From assembly GCA_013239625.1 (NCBI GenBank), contig MU057356.1, positions 13,208,325-13,272,324 of the forward strand: a DNA stretch of 64,000 bases, in the 5' to 3' direction. The position numbers were made by a program, and so were the translations under genes. Every line of letters begins with the position of its first letter. Within the stretch, counting starts at the first letter, position 1. The notes beneath the pieces are model-generated. The model was not told the DNA's origin. It saw only the letters and a list, made by a program, of their open reading frames with translations, and ran no database searches. Below, piece by piece: positions 1-12,200 of this stretch. Origin of the DNA: Lama guanicoe. Taxonomy: Eukaryota.

Positions 1-1819
1 ACTGAAAATAAGAGATTTTCCATGACTCTGTCAACAGCAACTTCATATTATTTAGTTACAGAGCTAAGGTGCCTAAACTAAATCAAAGGAAAAATTTGCC
101 TCAGCATATTGCTGAAATACATTGCTATTTGAGTTACAGCCTCACCAGGTCATTTCTGCGAATGTTAGAGTATTAATTTGATAAGAGTAGTCTTCCACAA
201 CTTAGATGAGGATCAATTAGAGTAATTGAAAGACTGTCCTCCCCAGCTGAGCCTGTATTGATCATTTAAGCACATCTCCCCTTATTTGATGAGGGATACC
301 CTCCCTGCTTGGAGTATCCTCTGTGAGTGTTACCTTGCAACCATGAGTACAGTTCACCATTTGCCTACTTCCCTCCAAACAACCAATCATGTAGGTGGAG
401 TCAGATCCCAACAGGACCCAGGGGGCCAACTGTAAAATCACATCTGGGGAGAAGTGGGAAACTAACAAAATGAAAGAATTACACTACTTTGGTAGTTTAG
501 GGGAACAAAAATCTAAGGAATATGTTTAGGGATGAATTTTAAAGTTTCCCATCCAAGATAAGGGAAACATTTTAGATAAGGCTGAATTTAAATGTGCATA
601 TACACAGACCAGAGAACTGATTCAAGGAGCCCTCTGCTCTGCTGGCTGATCCAACACTGGACTCAGTGGTGCCCCTACACTAAAGAAAATTGTCAGAAAT
701 GAATTTTTGGAAAGCAAAATATTAAAAACCATGGATTTTATTTAGCCATGCTTCAAAGACTCACTGGAAATATATATCAAACATAAGGAGAAGGATACAG
801 GAAGAGGAATTATCTATGTACAGACCTCATAGAAAGGAAAGGAGAGTAACTTTTCTTGGGTCAAAGACCTGCTCTGAGGGTCTAACCTGATATGGCCTAA
901 GGGTTTTTTAAAAATTTCTGTGTAGTTCAGATGTATTTTAAAAATGATTAAAAAATACTCATTTAGTTGCCTGAGTGGATGTTCAGGTAGGGATTAGAGA
1001 AAATATTGAAAAATACAGTAAAAATGTGGTTTGTTAATAGGGCAAGACTGAAATGAAGACATGAAAAGAAAATGAAAATGGGCAAAAATAAAAGACAAAA
1101 GATATAGTTCACCAAATTGGCTTTATATAACTTGCTATAATAATCAGCTTTCAGGGACGGAAGAGAGCACATAACGGGCTTCCTTTGTCCCTTCCATCAT
1201 GAACCACGCAGAAGTACTGGGACAGGTAGAATTTCCGGTTGCACTGTGGGAAGCACCTTTCTGTCTTGAACACCAGCTTGGCTGCTGTTATTGTTTGACT
1301 CAGAAGGAGACCTCATTCTTTTGAGAAAAAAAAAAAAAAAAGGAACTTAGTGCCGATAATGTACCAGGAATTCTGAAGCAAAACTCTTTTCAGTATGTAA
1401 ATAAGTGAAAATCACTTGCTCTTTGTCATTCTGTTTCTCTCCATCTTTCATTTCACCCCATGAGGTTCCAGACATACATTTAGCTACTGAAATAACTTGA
1501 GCTACAAATAAGTGTGTTTGAAAAAAACCTCTGTATCTGTGAAAAACAGCTCCCGATAGAATATTAATACATTTATTTAAATTTAAAATCCATTGCTGGT
1601 TTTGAAAAGCCTCAAGTTTAGTTACTTTTTGCTCTTTGACAATGTCTCTATGTTTGAGTCAAATGAAAGAATTGTTCTCTTTGGTCTCTTTGTTTTGAAG
1701 GGTAAAGCAATTAAAGAAATGAGTTTTGAGAAATGAAATGATGTGTAAGACATTTTTTGGAGCATATTTAACTACTTAGTAAGTGGTGTGATAAAAACAT
1801 ATCAAAGGTCATTTTGAAA

Positions 1820-2170
1820 TACCACTGTCCCCCCTTTGCCTGAATAACTCCTAATTATCCTTCAAATTTCAGGTAGTTGTCATTTCTTCCAGAAGTCCTC
1901 TAGAAGTCCCAGGAATAGATGCTTCTTCCTGTCACAGTCCTTCATGTTTTCCTCTCTTACCACACTCATCATCATATTATATTCAAGTTAAGTTTCTACA
2001 CTCATCATCATATTATATTCAAGTTAAGTTTCTAATTTTTGTCTCTAATTAAGTCTCTAATTTTCTATTGTCTCCACATAGGTCCTCCTTGTCTTACAAA
2101 AGCAGATATATATTGCAATGATGTTTTTTGTATCCAAAAATCCCAAGGGATTTTCCAATGTAAGCGTTCC
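1820..2170 (+). mobile_element. L2 LINE 3' fragment
   Basis: cctttgcctgaataactcctaattatccttc...catttcttccagaag resembles the L2 3' consensus. Confidence 0.55.
1962..2033. repeat. Perfect 36-bp tandem duplication (2 copies)
   Basis: acactcatcatcatattatattcaagttaagtttct at 1962-1997 and 1998-2033. Confidence 0.95.
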
Positions 2171-3249
2171 ACTTACAATCAGAAGGTAGTTTAAGTGTTA
2201 AGAAAACAAAAAGAGTCCACAATATGCTTGTGTTAACATCCAAAGGAAGAGAGTTTTAAAAACCTTTTTGTTCAGCATTGGAATCCTCTCAAACAGTGCC
2301 TCCTTCTCCTTTCTAAAGCTCCATTACATCCATGTTGCTCCCTAGATTCTTAGGAAGGTCATTCTTCCAGAACACCTTTCTCTTCCTCCTCCTTCAAAAC
2401 TTGTTTTTACTGACAGAATGTTTGGATAGGATGCAATAAAAAATTCTGTCTAAAATGTCACTCATTGATAAAATGTATGACATGTGGCTGATTTATCTTC
2501 TCGTTAAGACTTTTGACAAAACTTTAGCCCTGGTGAACCAAGCAGTTGTCTTTTTTTGTTTATACTTGAACCAGAAGGTGCAACTTAGGAATCACCAAAA
2601 TAAAGCAGGTAGTTTCTATTCTGCATCCATCAGCCCCAATCTCAAATGGGTCTTCAAATTGCCTGGTGTTTTTTATCCAACTTTTCCAAAGCACAGAGCT
2701 TGAGGAAAGGATGAATATGCTGTGCTTGATAGGGATGATGGTGGAGGTGTTGAAATGGGAAGTGAGGTATGCACAAATGTGATGCAACACAATGTGATGA
2801 GTTGTGCTGCCTCCCTGCTTCATGTGAGCTGTTAAGTGACATAGTGGATCACTCAGCAGGCACGTTCTCCCGTCAGGCAGGGAGAATTTCTACAGTTGGG
2901 CTCTAGGGATGATGTGTATTTCAAAGTAGTCCGTGGAAGAATAAAAAGAGGGGAGTGTAACATCTACTTCCTTCTTTTCTGCCATTTCCCATGTGTTTTT
3001 AGGGTGCATTTTCTTGCCCTTTGACAGATGCTCAAGAAGCCCTATGGTGTAGCATTTTACTCAAGTTCATAGTGGAGAGGTGGCTTCATAGGGATCAGCT
3101 TAGTGTGTGGGATGGGGAGCACTCCAACTCAGAATCCACACTGGGCAGCTTGCCAAAGGCAACAGTGGTGGCATTGGCATGATGTAAGAGGGAGGCAGTC
3201 CTTTCTTAAAAAGAACTAATAATAATGGAGGGGATTTAAGGAGGATATG

Positions 3250-3874
3250 GTGACATTGTCATATGTTAACTTGGCTTGGTTGCATACATCTCCCAGAATT
3301 CCTCTTCCTGTAGATTTCCTTTTAGGTGGACCACAAAGGACATTTTCACATGAGATATAAAAGACAAAAACAAAGCACCAGCCATCTGATTTTTCACATT
3401 CAAAAGGTTAGGGCAGGAGCTTTTATAGTTCACATACGTTTTCGCTCATCTGCTGGCTCAATTCATTCCATACACGTGTTCTGCCTTCCTGTGAATTTTC
3501 CTTTACTGTCACTCCTGGGCCAAGTATGTGTTTAGTTTCATGATGGAAGATACCAACTTCTCCTCAAGGGCACTTAGTCCATCTAGGTTAGGTGTTAGTT
3601 TGTCCTCATAGGTTTCAGTTTCTTCTTGCTCTGCCCATTTTGCATCCATCTTCCTTCTCTCCCACCTGTTCTCAAGTTCCAACATCAGAAATAAAGATAC
3701 CGGTTTCACAGAGACTGTTTCATCAGTGTCCACAACTGCATAAGGTCAAATAATACCTAGAAGTTATTTGTTTGTGAAATCCTGAGGGATGCGGAGGGGA
3801 ACAAGGTTTTTGTTCACTATAGTCTACCACTTTTACCTCACGGCCTCTTATGTCCTCCTTATATCCAAGTCATG

Positions 3875-3920
<46 letters not shown>

Positions 3921-5050
3921 TATGTGTGTGTGTGTGTGTGTGTGTGTGTATTTTGTATATGAGACTGAAGATGCCCTTGTTCCTTCCTGAAGAGTCCAGT
4001 CAGCCACAGAGATCCTTTCAAGGTAGTGTTTAGCTCCTAGATGACTAAGCAAAGTGAGTTAGTGAAACTCAGCTATACTCCTCAGAGTTCATGAGAAGGA
4101 ATGGTGGGTCCATGCTTTGAAAGAACATGCCTCATTGTGCAAGGCATTCAAGACTAACAGTGGGACACTGAGACCTGGGATGGAAATATGGTGGGTGAAC
4201 CTAGTAGTCTTGAAATTTCCAAATAATACTGAGCCATCTTTGCTAAAAAGAGCAACTCTTTCCTTGGTAACTAAATAATAAACTAACCTGAAGCAAGTGC
4301 CTTGCATGATTGGAGAACCTATGGTGGTACTTAAGCTTCCACCCTTGATTAATAGGAATGAAGTGTATGTAGAAAGCAAGGCATTGTGAAATCAGTGGCT
4401 GTGGCATTTTGTACAAAATATAAAAATATACATTAGGATGGCTTCTTAAGACAACTCTAGAGACCATGCAAGAAAAAAATGACAGGTGCAGTGCAATCAT
4501 GTCCCCTCCCATCCAAAAAAAAAGAGGGTGTTTTAAAAGTCAAATTATCTGAGATGGGTTTAAAGGAGACCCTGATCTTCTGTATCTGCAGAGGCATGTG
4601 TTAACTTGCCTAGGTTGAGTACATCTTCCAGAATTCCTGTATTGGAAATCAAGCCCAGGATCTGGTTATCTGAGTGACAAAACTGAAACGGAGACTAACT
4701 GTGTAGCTTTCAGATGTCTTGCAACTCCACAAAAGATCATCATCATGAACTTCTTGGCTTATTCACCTGGCATCTTGGTAGATGCTCTGGAAGCCACATC
4801 CTAACCCTGCAGTGTATTATTTCACCCAAATCCAGAATAGGATGGGCAGTGGCATGGAGACAGTGTGTGAGGTATACCAGCTATGGAAGTGACCTTGAGT
4901 TTCAACGTGGTCTACAGCTGGTTTGGAGATCTCATAAATGGTGACAGTGACAGTGGAGCAGTGGTCTTGGAGGTGGTACATTCTGAAAGGGGAAAACAGT
5001 TGATGAAACCTGAGGAGGTATATTTTGCCTAATACGGTGGTCACACTAAG
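3250..5050 (+). mobile_element. Degenerate ERVL-class element: LTR-like segments and internal fragment
   Basis: Related LTR-start motif tgttaacttg(g/c)ct.ggttg..tacatct.ccagaattcct at ~3265 and ~4599; ERVL-internal-like ctgagacctgggatggaaatatg at ~4168. Confidence 0.5.
3875..3950. repeat. Compound microsatellite (TA)11(CA)12 TA (TG)13
   Basis: Read directly. Confidence 0.95.
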
Positions 5051-5649
5051 TAACATGCTTCTCTGGCCAACTCATTTTTCCATCCTCCACAACTGTTATT
5101 TCAAATTTGGATCTAGTCAAACTGCATTTTATTCCCTCACAGACAACAGAAAACCTTGGCTCCTTTTTTATAGAGACTATAGGTGTAATGATGAGAAAGA
5201 CACTTTCTCATGTTGTAGACATCAAAGATGGATGTTTACCTCTCTCTCTATTTTTTCTGTATTTGTTTCCTCTTATTTATAGTGGAAGGTCTATTTTTCT
5301 CTTATTAAGATCAGTTCTTCAGTTTTTTTATTTTGTCCCATCCTCTTTTACCACCTCAGGAACTTGAAAACCCTGGGTGACTTTTCCATTTCTTTCTCTT
5401 ACTTCAAACTTCCCTCTTAGCTAATCATGTAGTGGGCTTTATCTATAGATATAGGAGCGTGTGGTATAATACACTTATTATTAGTTGTGTAAACAGATAT
5501 CTCTGAGTTTAATAAAATTTAATTAATTATATTGGTACAGTTTATTGTTACAGGTTAAATATTGTATATAGTAATGTTCATGATCTTGAAGTTCCTACAT
5601 TTCTATTACTTTTCCTCAAGAACAACTATAGTAACAATTTGATGTATTC

Positions 5650-5935
5650 ATCCTAAGCTATACATATTGTGGAAGAGATGGTCAGTACCTACTGAATATA
5701 CCTTGCATTTCCCAGTCCTACTCCTCTGCTGATAGGTTGGATTCATGTGCTGAGTGCTGACCAGTAAAATCTGAGGAAGTGACAAGTGTCTGAGCCTTGC
5801 TGTGGCAACCTGAGAGGTTCCAGGTTCCAGGTTCCAGGTGGTATAACTTCCAAATGTAGGAGGCCTCCTGACTGGCACAGGCTTTGTGTGAGGAAGACAT
5901 AAACCCTCACTGTGTTACTCTACAAGTAGCTTGTG
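5650..5935 (+). mobile_element. MaLR (MLT1-like) LTR fragment
   Basis: 3' end gtgaggaagacataaaccctcactgtgtta resembles MLT1 termini; contains (ggttcca)x3. Confidence 0.4.
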
Positions 5936-5959
5936 ATATATTTTTATGTATTTCATTTA

Positions 5960-7530
5960 GACAATGAAAACAAAGTAGACATATTATTCTGCTAATTTCT
6001 TTGTTCACTTAGCATTATTACTAGAACTTAGCCCTCCCTTCCTAAAGCTGAATTGTATTCTATAGTAACTGTAACCTATTTCATCATTTCCCTACTGTTG
6101 AATTTTCAGATGGCTCAGTTTTTGCTTTGGTATAGTTTGCCTCTACAAGACATGTTGCTGTAAGTACCACAGACAACTTTACATACTGAGATTATTATTT
6201 TGTAGTCTAATTTTCCCAAAATGATATGTGTAGGTCAAAGGAGTTATGTGTGTTTACTTTAGAAGAGATTTCCAGACTACTTTACAAAAATATTTTAAGC
6301 CTTTCACACAAACATCAGAAATACATGAGTGCCTTTACTTCTTTAATCTTAACAATGCTGGATATTGGTTTTTTTACACCTTTTGCTAACATAATATAAT
6401 ACAATATGGTATAAAATATATAATATAATCTGTTATATCTTTGCTTAACTATTATAAATTTGAGCATATTTATATGTTTATTGGTGATTTAAATTTCAAC
6501 TTCTGTAACATTTTCTATCATATTTTACTACTATTTTTGTTTCTGCTTTTTGTGTTTTTTTATTTACACATAGGAACTCTATTTATTGTGTACAGACATT
6601 CTGTCCTATATGTTGGTAATATTTTCTTAGTTTATCATTTGATATTTTAAGATTTAAATTTAGATTTTTAAAGTTACATATATATTCAATGATTGAAAAT
6701 TTTAAAAGTAAAAAAATGCATTCAGTTAACTATCACTTTCTCATTCGTGTCATTGGCCATTCAGAATATCTTACCAAGGTAGCTCATGTTATTCATTTCT
6801 TGTATATACATAAGATTTTGCATAAGCATGCAAATATATTGTGTGTATTTCAAGCATTTACAAGTAAGGTATATAACATATAAGTGTGTATATGTGTCTC
6901 TGTATATTCTTTACTTTCCCACTATTTTACATTTTCTTGTGTTTTTTGCTAAATGAAGTATCTTGGAGATTATTCTATATCAGCAGATAAAATGCTTTCT
7001 CATCCTTTCTTATGCTTATATAGCATTCTACTCTATGGCTGTACTATTACCATATATGACTGATATTCCTTTAGATGGGTATTTAGATAGTTTCCTATCT
7101 TTTGCTTAATTTATTAAGCAACTGCAATTAGTAACCTTATTTATGTCATTTTACATGTGTTCATGGGCATTTGTAGAGTAAAATTCCTAGAAGTTGACCT
7201 GGCTTAAAGGGTCTGTGGATTTGTAATTTTGATGGGTGTTACTAGATTGTCTTCCACAGAGGTTCCTCCAAATGCCACCATCAAAGTATAGAGTCTCTAT
7301 TTCCTCAGACCCTCTTTACAAAGTTACTGTCAAACTTGTTGATCTTTTCAGAGTTTGTTATTCAAACTGGACTGATGAAAATAGTAATATATACCTTTTA
7401 TTATAAATGAGATTGTTAATTTTGAAAAGTCATTTAGATTGCCTTTTCTGTTGTCTCTGATCACTTTTTTGCTTCTTTTTGCCTTATTAAATTTGATTGT
7501 TGGTCTTTTTCTTGATATTAAGAACCTAAA
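5960..7530 (-). mobile_element. Old L1M fragments, antisense
   Basis: gatgggtatttagatagtttcc, aaattcctagaagttga, ttttccaga-type antisense L1 ORF2/3' motifs. Confidence 0.6.
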
Positions 7531-7539
7531 TAGACAAAT

Positions 7540-7970
7540 AGATAAAGACCGGACTATATACAATAGTAAGACTCTCATTCACAACCTGCAGCAACCAGCC
7601 CAGGACGCCAAACAATGATCCCTGTAACAATTGGCCCCATATGGTCAGGACTTGGTTAATAACTGAGAGCATCCCTAATTTTTCCCCATTTTTCAATAGA
7701 GGACCAAATAGAGAAAGCCAAAAATGTACCCCTAACCGATCACATGGGATACCTCACATCTAGTTAACCTACCTTCAGCTTCCCCTTGCAACAGCCCCTC
7801 ATCAGGGCTTAACAGGAGCCTTCCTTTTTTTCAGTGTAATAAAGCTTTCCCATTACTCTATAAGCCTTGAGTCTCCGCCAAAACACAAATGGTGGTGGTT
7901 GACTGTTAACTGAAGCAGATTCTAAATAAACCTTTGCCTGTTCTCATGTGGGTGGTCTTGTTTGTTAATA
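7540..7970 (+). mobile_element. ERV1-class solo LTR
   Basis: acaacctgcagcaaccagcccagga...ggtcaggacttggttaataactg...ccctaatttt; AATAAA near the 3' end. Confidence 0.7.
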
Positions 7971-8029
7971 AATATTTTGCAGTTCTCTCTATTAGGGACA
8001 TTTGCCCTCATCATATTAGAGTGTTTTTA

Positions 8030-8450
8030 ACCACACATTTACAACTGATGTATAAACTGCATAAGGAGAAGTATGCAAATTATGAATGTATTCCTCAATG
8101 ACTCTTCACAAAGCAAACAATCACATGTAACATGATCTAGGAACAGACTATTACCAAAACCCCAGAAGCTCCTTTGTGCCCCCTTACAATTACTACTCAT
8201 CCCCACAGCCTTCACCTCTGTCCTCTCAAGTGATACCACGATCTTTACCTCTAAAACTATAGCATAATTTGCTGCTCTTGAGCTTTGTGTAAACAGAATC
8301 ATATAGTAGGTACTCTTTTGTTTCTGGCATCTTGTATTCAACTTTGTGTGGATGAGATTCATTCATGTTGTTCTACGTAGCTGTGAAGGATTACTCTATT
8401 CTCATTGCCTGAATATTCTACATTGTATTTATCTACTTTACTCCTAAAGT
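8030..8450 (-). mobile_element. L1ME-type 3' end, antisense
   Basis: aatcatatagtaggtactcttttgtttctggc...gagattcattcatgttg. Confidence 0.7.
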
Positions 8451-9067
8451 TGAATCTAAGTTACTAATGGAAATTAACTGTTTCGTGTTGCTATTTCCCT
8501 CTTTCTTCTCTTCTCCAGTTCCACAAAATACTTAACCCAAGTTTGACCGAAGTAGTTGTTTTACTAAATGTGGAAGGAATTATCTATATTAGCAGTGCTG
8601 AGTGATCACATGAATCTTCAAGAAATTACTCACAGAATAGCTTCTCACACTTAAACACATACAAAAACATCAGAACAGTTTTGACCCACTTTTTGTTCAT
8701 TGTGGTTCTCACTTGAAGAGTAGAGCCAATTCTCCTGAAACTGGAAGGAGATGAGAGGAGAGAATAACATTGGTGGTTTGAATTTCTGTGGTGAGAGGTT
8801 GCTGGAGACAGAGTTTTCCTAAAGACCGGTTGAGAATCAGCATGCAGCTGTAAACTGACCATGGGGCCACTGGCTTATGCACATTATGTTTTATATACAG
8901 AGCACATCAGAGATTGTCAAACTTTATTGGGATCTTTCAGTGTGGTTTATGGAGGACACATAAGTGAGTTAACTTCTTACAATATAGAGAAAATAGGATG
9001 CAGTATTATTCTTTTTTTGCCTGGCTTGTTCCGCATTTTAAAATAGTACTATTGAGTATGTGGCCTA

Positions 9068-9205
9068 GGTCAGTGGTTTTCTAGCATGTATCCAATTTGG
9101 AGGGCTTGTTAAAACAGATTACTGGGCCTCACAAGAATTTGCAATTCTAACAAGTTGCGATTTAATGTTGATAGCTGTTTCCAGAACTTACTTGGAGAAC
9201 TGAGC
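9068..9205. mobile_element. MER5A-like hAT-Charlie element
   Basis: cagtggttttc...ggagggcttgttaaaacagattactgggcc...agaatttgcaattctaacaagtt...gagaac. Confidence 0.75.
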
Positions 9206-12200
9206 TAAACAATAAAAAGAGTAAAGCAAAGCAGTAATAATAAGATTAGGAAGCTTATCTTGGAACTTATCTCCCTGTGTGGGGCATTCCTGAGTTCTTT
9301 TTTTTCCCCTAGGGGCCATTTTCTGGTATGTAATAATTTTATTTGTTCTTTAAAGAAACTTTGGAAACTTCTGTAAATTCTTTGCAGAAGAAAAACTTGA
9401 GTCATAGGGTTAGAATCTTTTTTAAAAAAAGAAAGAAAGAAAGAAAGAAACCGTGGCTTTTAAAGAAGTATCTTAATACATAAAATTGATAAAGTATAGT
9501 AAAAGACTATTTTAGTGGACATGGAATGCAGAGACATTGGAAGAATTTAGAATGTGCCTCTGTTTTATCTCTAAGTGTCCAATTTAAGGCACAAGCATTT
9601 TCAATTAACTTCCAGTTATGTTGTACAGACTGTATCAGTATTTTATTAGGTCCACTCATTGATTCTTTTGCCCATTAAAATAATTAAAATAATATCTTGA
9701 GTTTCCTTTTGGGGACTAGTTCTTACCAATTTCCTTGCCACAAAAAATTTAATATATACATTAATATAAGTGAACTATTCATGGTTTTCCCAAGATTCTC
9801 ATGAGAAAGGTTTTGGGAATACAAATTAAATAAAATGACATTATTATACGAGTAACTTTGATTACACTCTAATATGTTTTTTGAAGTAAGCCAGTTTCAA
9901 AGTTCTAAATCTATAACATAATTATTACTAAACTAATTTATAATAACATTATATAACAATATAGTTATTATATATAATACAATTATTAACAATTAATCAT
10001 AATTCTTACTTTGCTAAAAAACTTGTTATATTTCTCATATCTTTATGATAACACCATTTCTTACAGCCCAGAGTGAGGATGGTTACTTTGGGAGATATTT
10101 TATGTTTAAACAGTAAATAGCCCAACCTCCAGGTATTCCCTCAGTCTGTTATTGATGATAATTCCATAAACTTCCCCTACAAAACACACAGACACAATTT
10201 CAAATGTGTGGTAGGTTGTTGCCATTCTTTTTCTTTATTGCTTCCACTGTTTCCTTCACGTTAGACTCAAGTTTATTTTTTAACTTATTAATCGATCTGA
10301 ATTTTTTTTCCGTTATATAATCCATCTGGAATTTAATTTTTGTTCACTGGAAAAGAAATCAATAGCTTTTCCTACTAGGCCTTTATACAGTGATCAGATT
10401 GTACTTTATACACTGTACATTTCACCTTCCCTCATCGTTTTTACAGGCAGATTATTTTTATGGCCTAATGGTTCTTTAATAGGTCATAAACACCTTATAC
10501 ATTTTCAGGTTCCCTGATAACACAGCAAAAGGAGCATGTCAGTTCTAAAAGTCTCAAAACCAGGCCTTTGATAAAGTTTTCAATAAAACAAATCTGCAAG
10601 TCATTTTAGAAAAGGTTAGATTTTATTGCTATCATATTGAAATGTTATTTTTGGCTACTATTAAATCCAAATATAAAGGATTTCTTTGGTATTCACTGTA
10701 TGAAAATAAGACACTGGAAATTTTGACCAAATGGACCAATGGGACTTTGCACACATTTTGAGGACAAAATTTTGAGTAGAGTTCTTTTCTCCTTGCTCTG
10801 GCTGACTACTGACTTGTCCTTATGGGACATTTTATCACAAAATTGATTTTATCTATAGTTACTATATTACCTTTTATACTTGCAAAGGACCTCTGATTCC
10901 ATTTCTTTATTTTAAATAGTGAAATATGAACCAGAAGCAAGAATACTGAGGTAGAATTTCTCATAGTCCATTTAGAACCTCTGTTAATTCCCCATTGTAT
11001 GTATGTGTTAGTTTTAACAGTAGATGCTTTAGAAATAGGATGAGAAATCGTAAACACTGCTCGCAGCATTCATTATTTGTTAGTAAGCTTGGCATCATTC
11101 TATTAGAAATCTGCTGACTTATGATGTGCACGCGCGCGTGCATGTATGTGTGTTGCATACCCGCGTGTGTGTGTGTTCTTAAAAAAAAACTATAAACTTT
11201 TTGGAGGATGGGGATAGATGAGAGGTTGGTGGTTTAAATATCTTTGTTAAAGCAATGCCATGTTGTGAAAATTGTAAAAATGTGTTGTGCTGAGTTACAG
11301 CAGAATTTTTTTGTGGGGAACTGCTTCCACATTAACCTTATTTTACTAGAACATGTAAAGCATTTGCAGGGGACTAGTAGTAACTACACTTGTTCTGAAG
11401 TCTCACAAATCTGAATTTCTCCTGGAAAAATTAGAGCACAGGCTTAGGCTGCTGGCAGATTCCATGTTGTGGTGAGTGCCCCTTTCCTGGGCAGCCAACA
11501 GCCTGCTCCATGGTTATCTGCTGGGACTTCTGCCAACTGGAGCATGGAAACATGAATGTGCTTGCTCTTTTGGCCAGTATACCCAAAGCACCCCTCCATC
11601 CTTTTTTTTTAAAACATTGTGTATAAAGGAAAATAATACTTAGTGCTCTCTGTCTCTGTCTTTCTCTTACTCTCTTTTTCTATAAATGGCAAGGGTGTTC
11701 CAAAGCAGTGTTGTTTCATTGAATGCTCTAGAAACATACTTTCATGGATTAGAACTGAGATGACATTTTAATTGTGTCCCTTTCTGTTGTTTAGAATTCA
11801 GTCAGCTGCAAGGACCTTGCAGAATGCACATATGGAACATTCATATGTGCTGCTTGATTCTGTATGCCACCCTTATATTTGGAGGTTTGTCCATACAAGT
11901 CAGCTTGAATTTGATAATATCCTGTCAATTAAACTAAACCTTGCTTTCAAAGCCAAAGAGCAGAAGTGCCCCGGGCACCTACAAAAAACCCAGGCACACA
12001 GCCGCAAGTGGATAGTTAGGTGCACAATTACTTGATTTATACACCTGTGTGTTTCTGCAATTACAGCTGCAGGGTTTTGTGGTCTCTGTGGGGGTGTGAA
12101 CAGTTTGGCTGGCAAGCCCAGTATGCCTTACTTTGAAAGTCTGGCTCCCAACATGAATCCCTCTCCCATCACTGATAGAGAACAAAGTCTTCTTGTCACT

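Noticed and set aside
1-950. Possible LTR or other old repeat
   Set aside because: I could not match it to any family with confidence.
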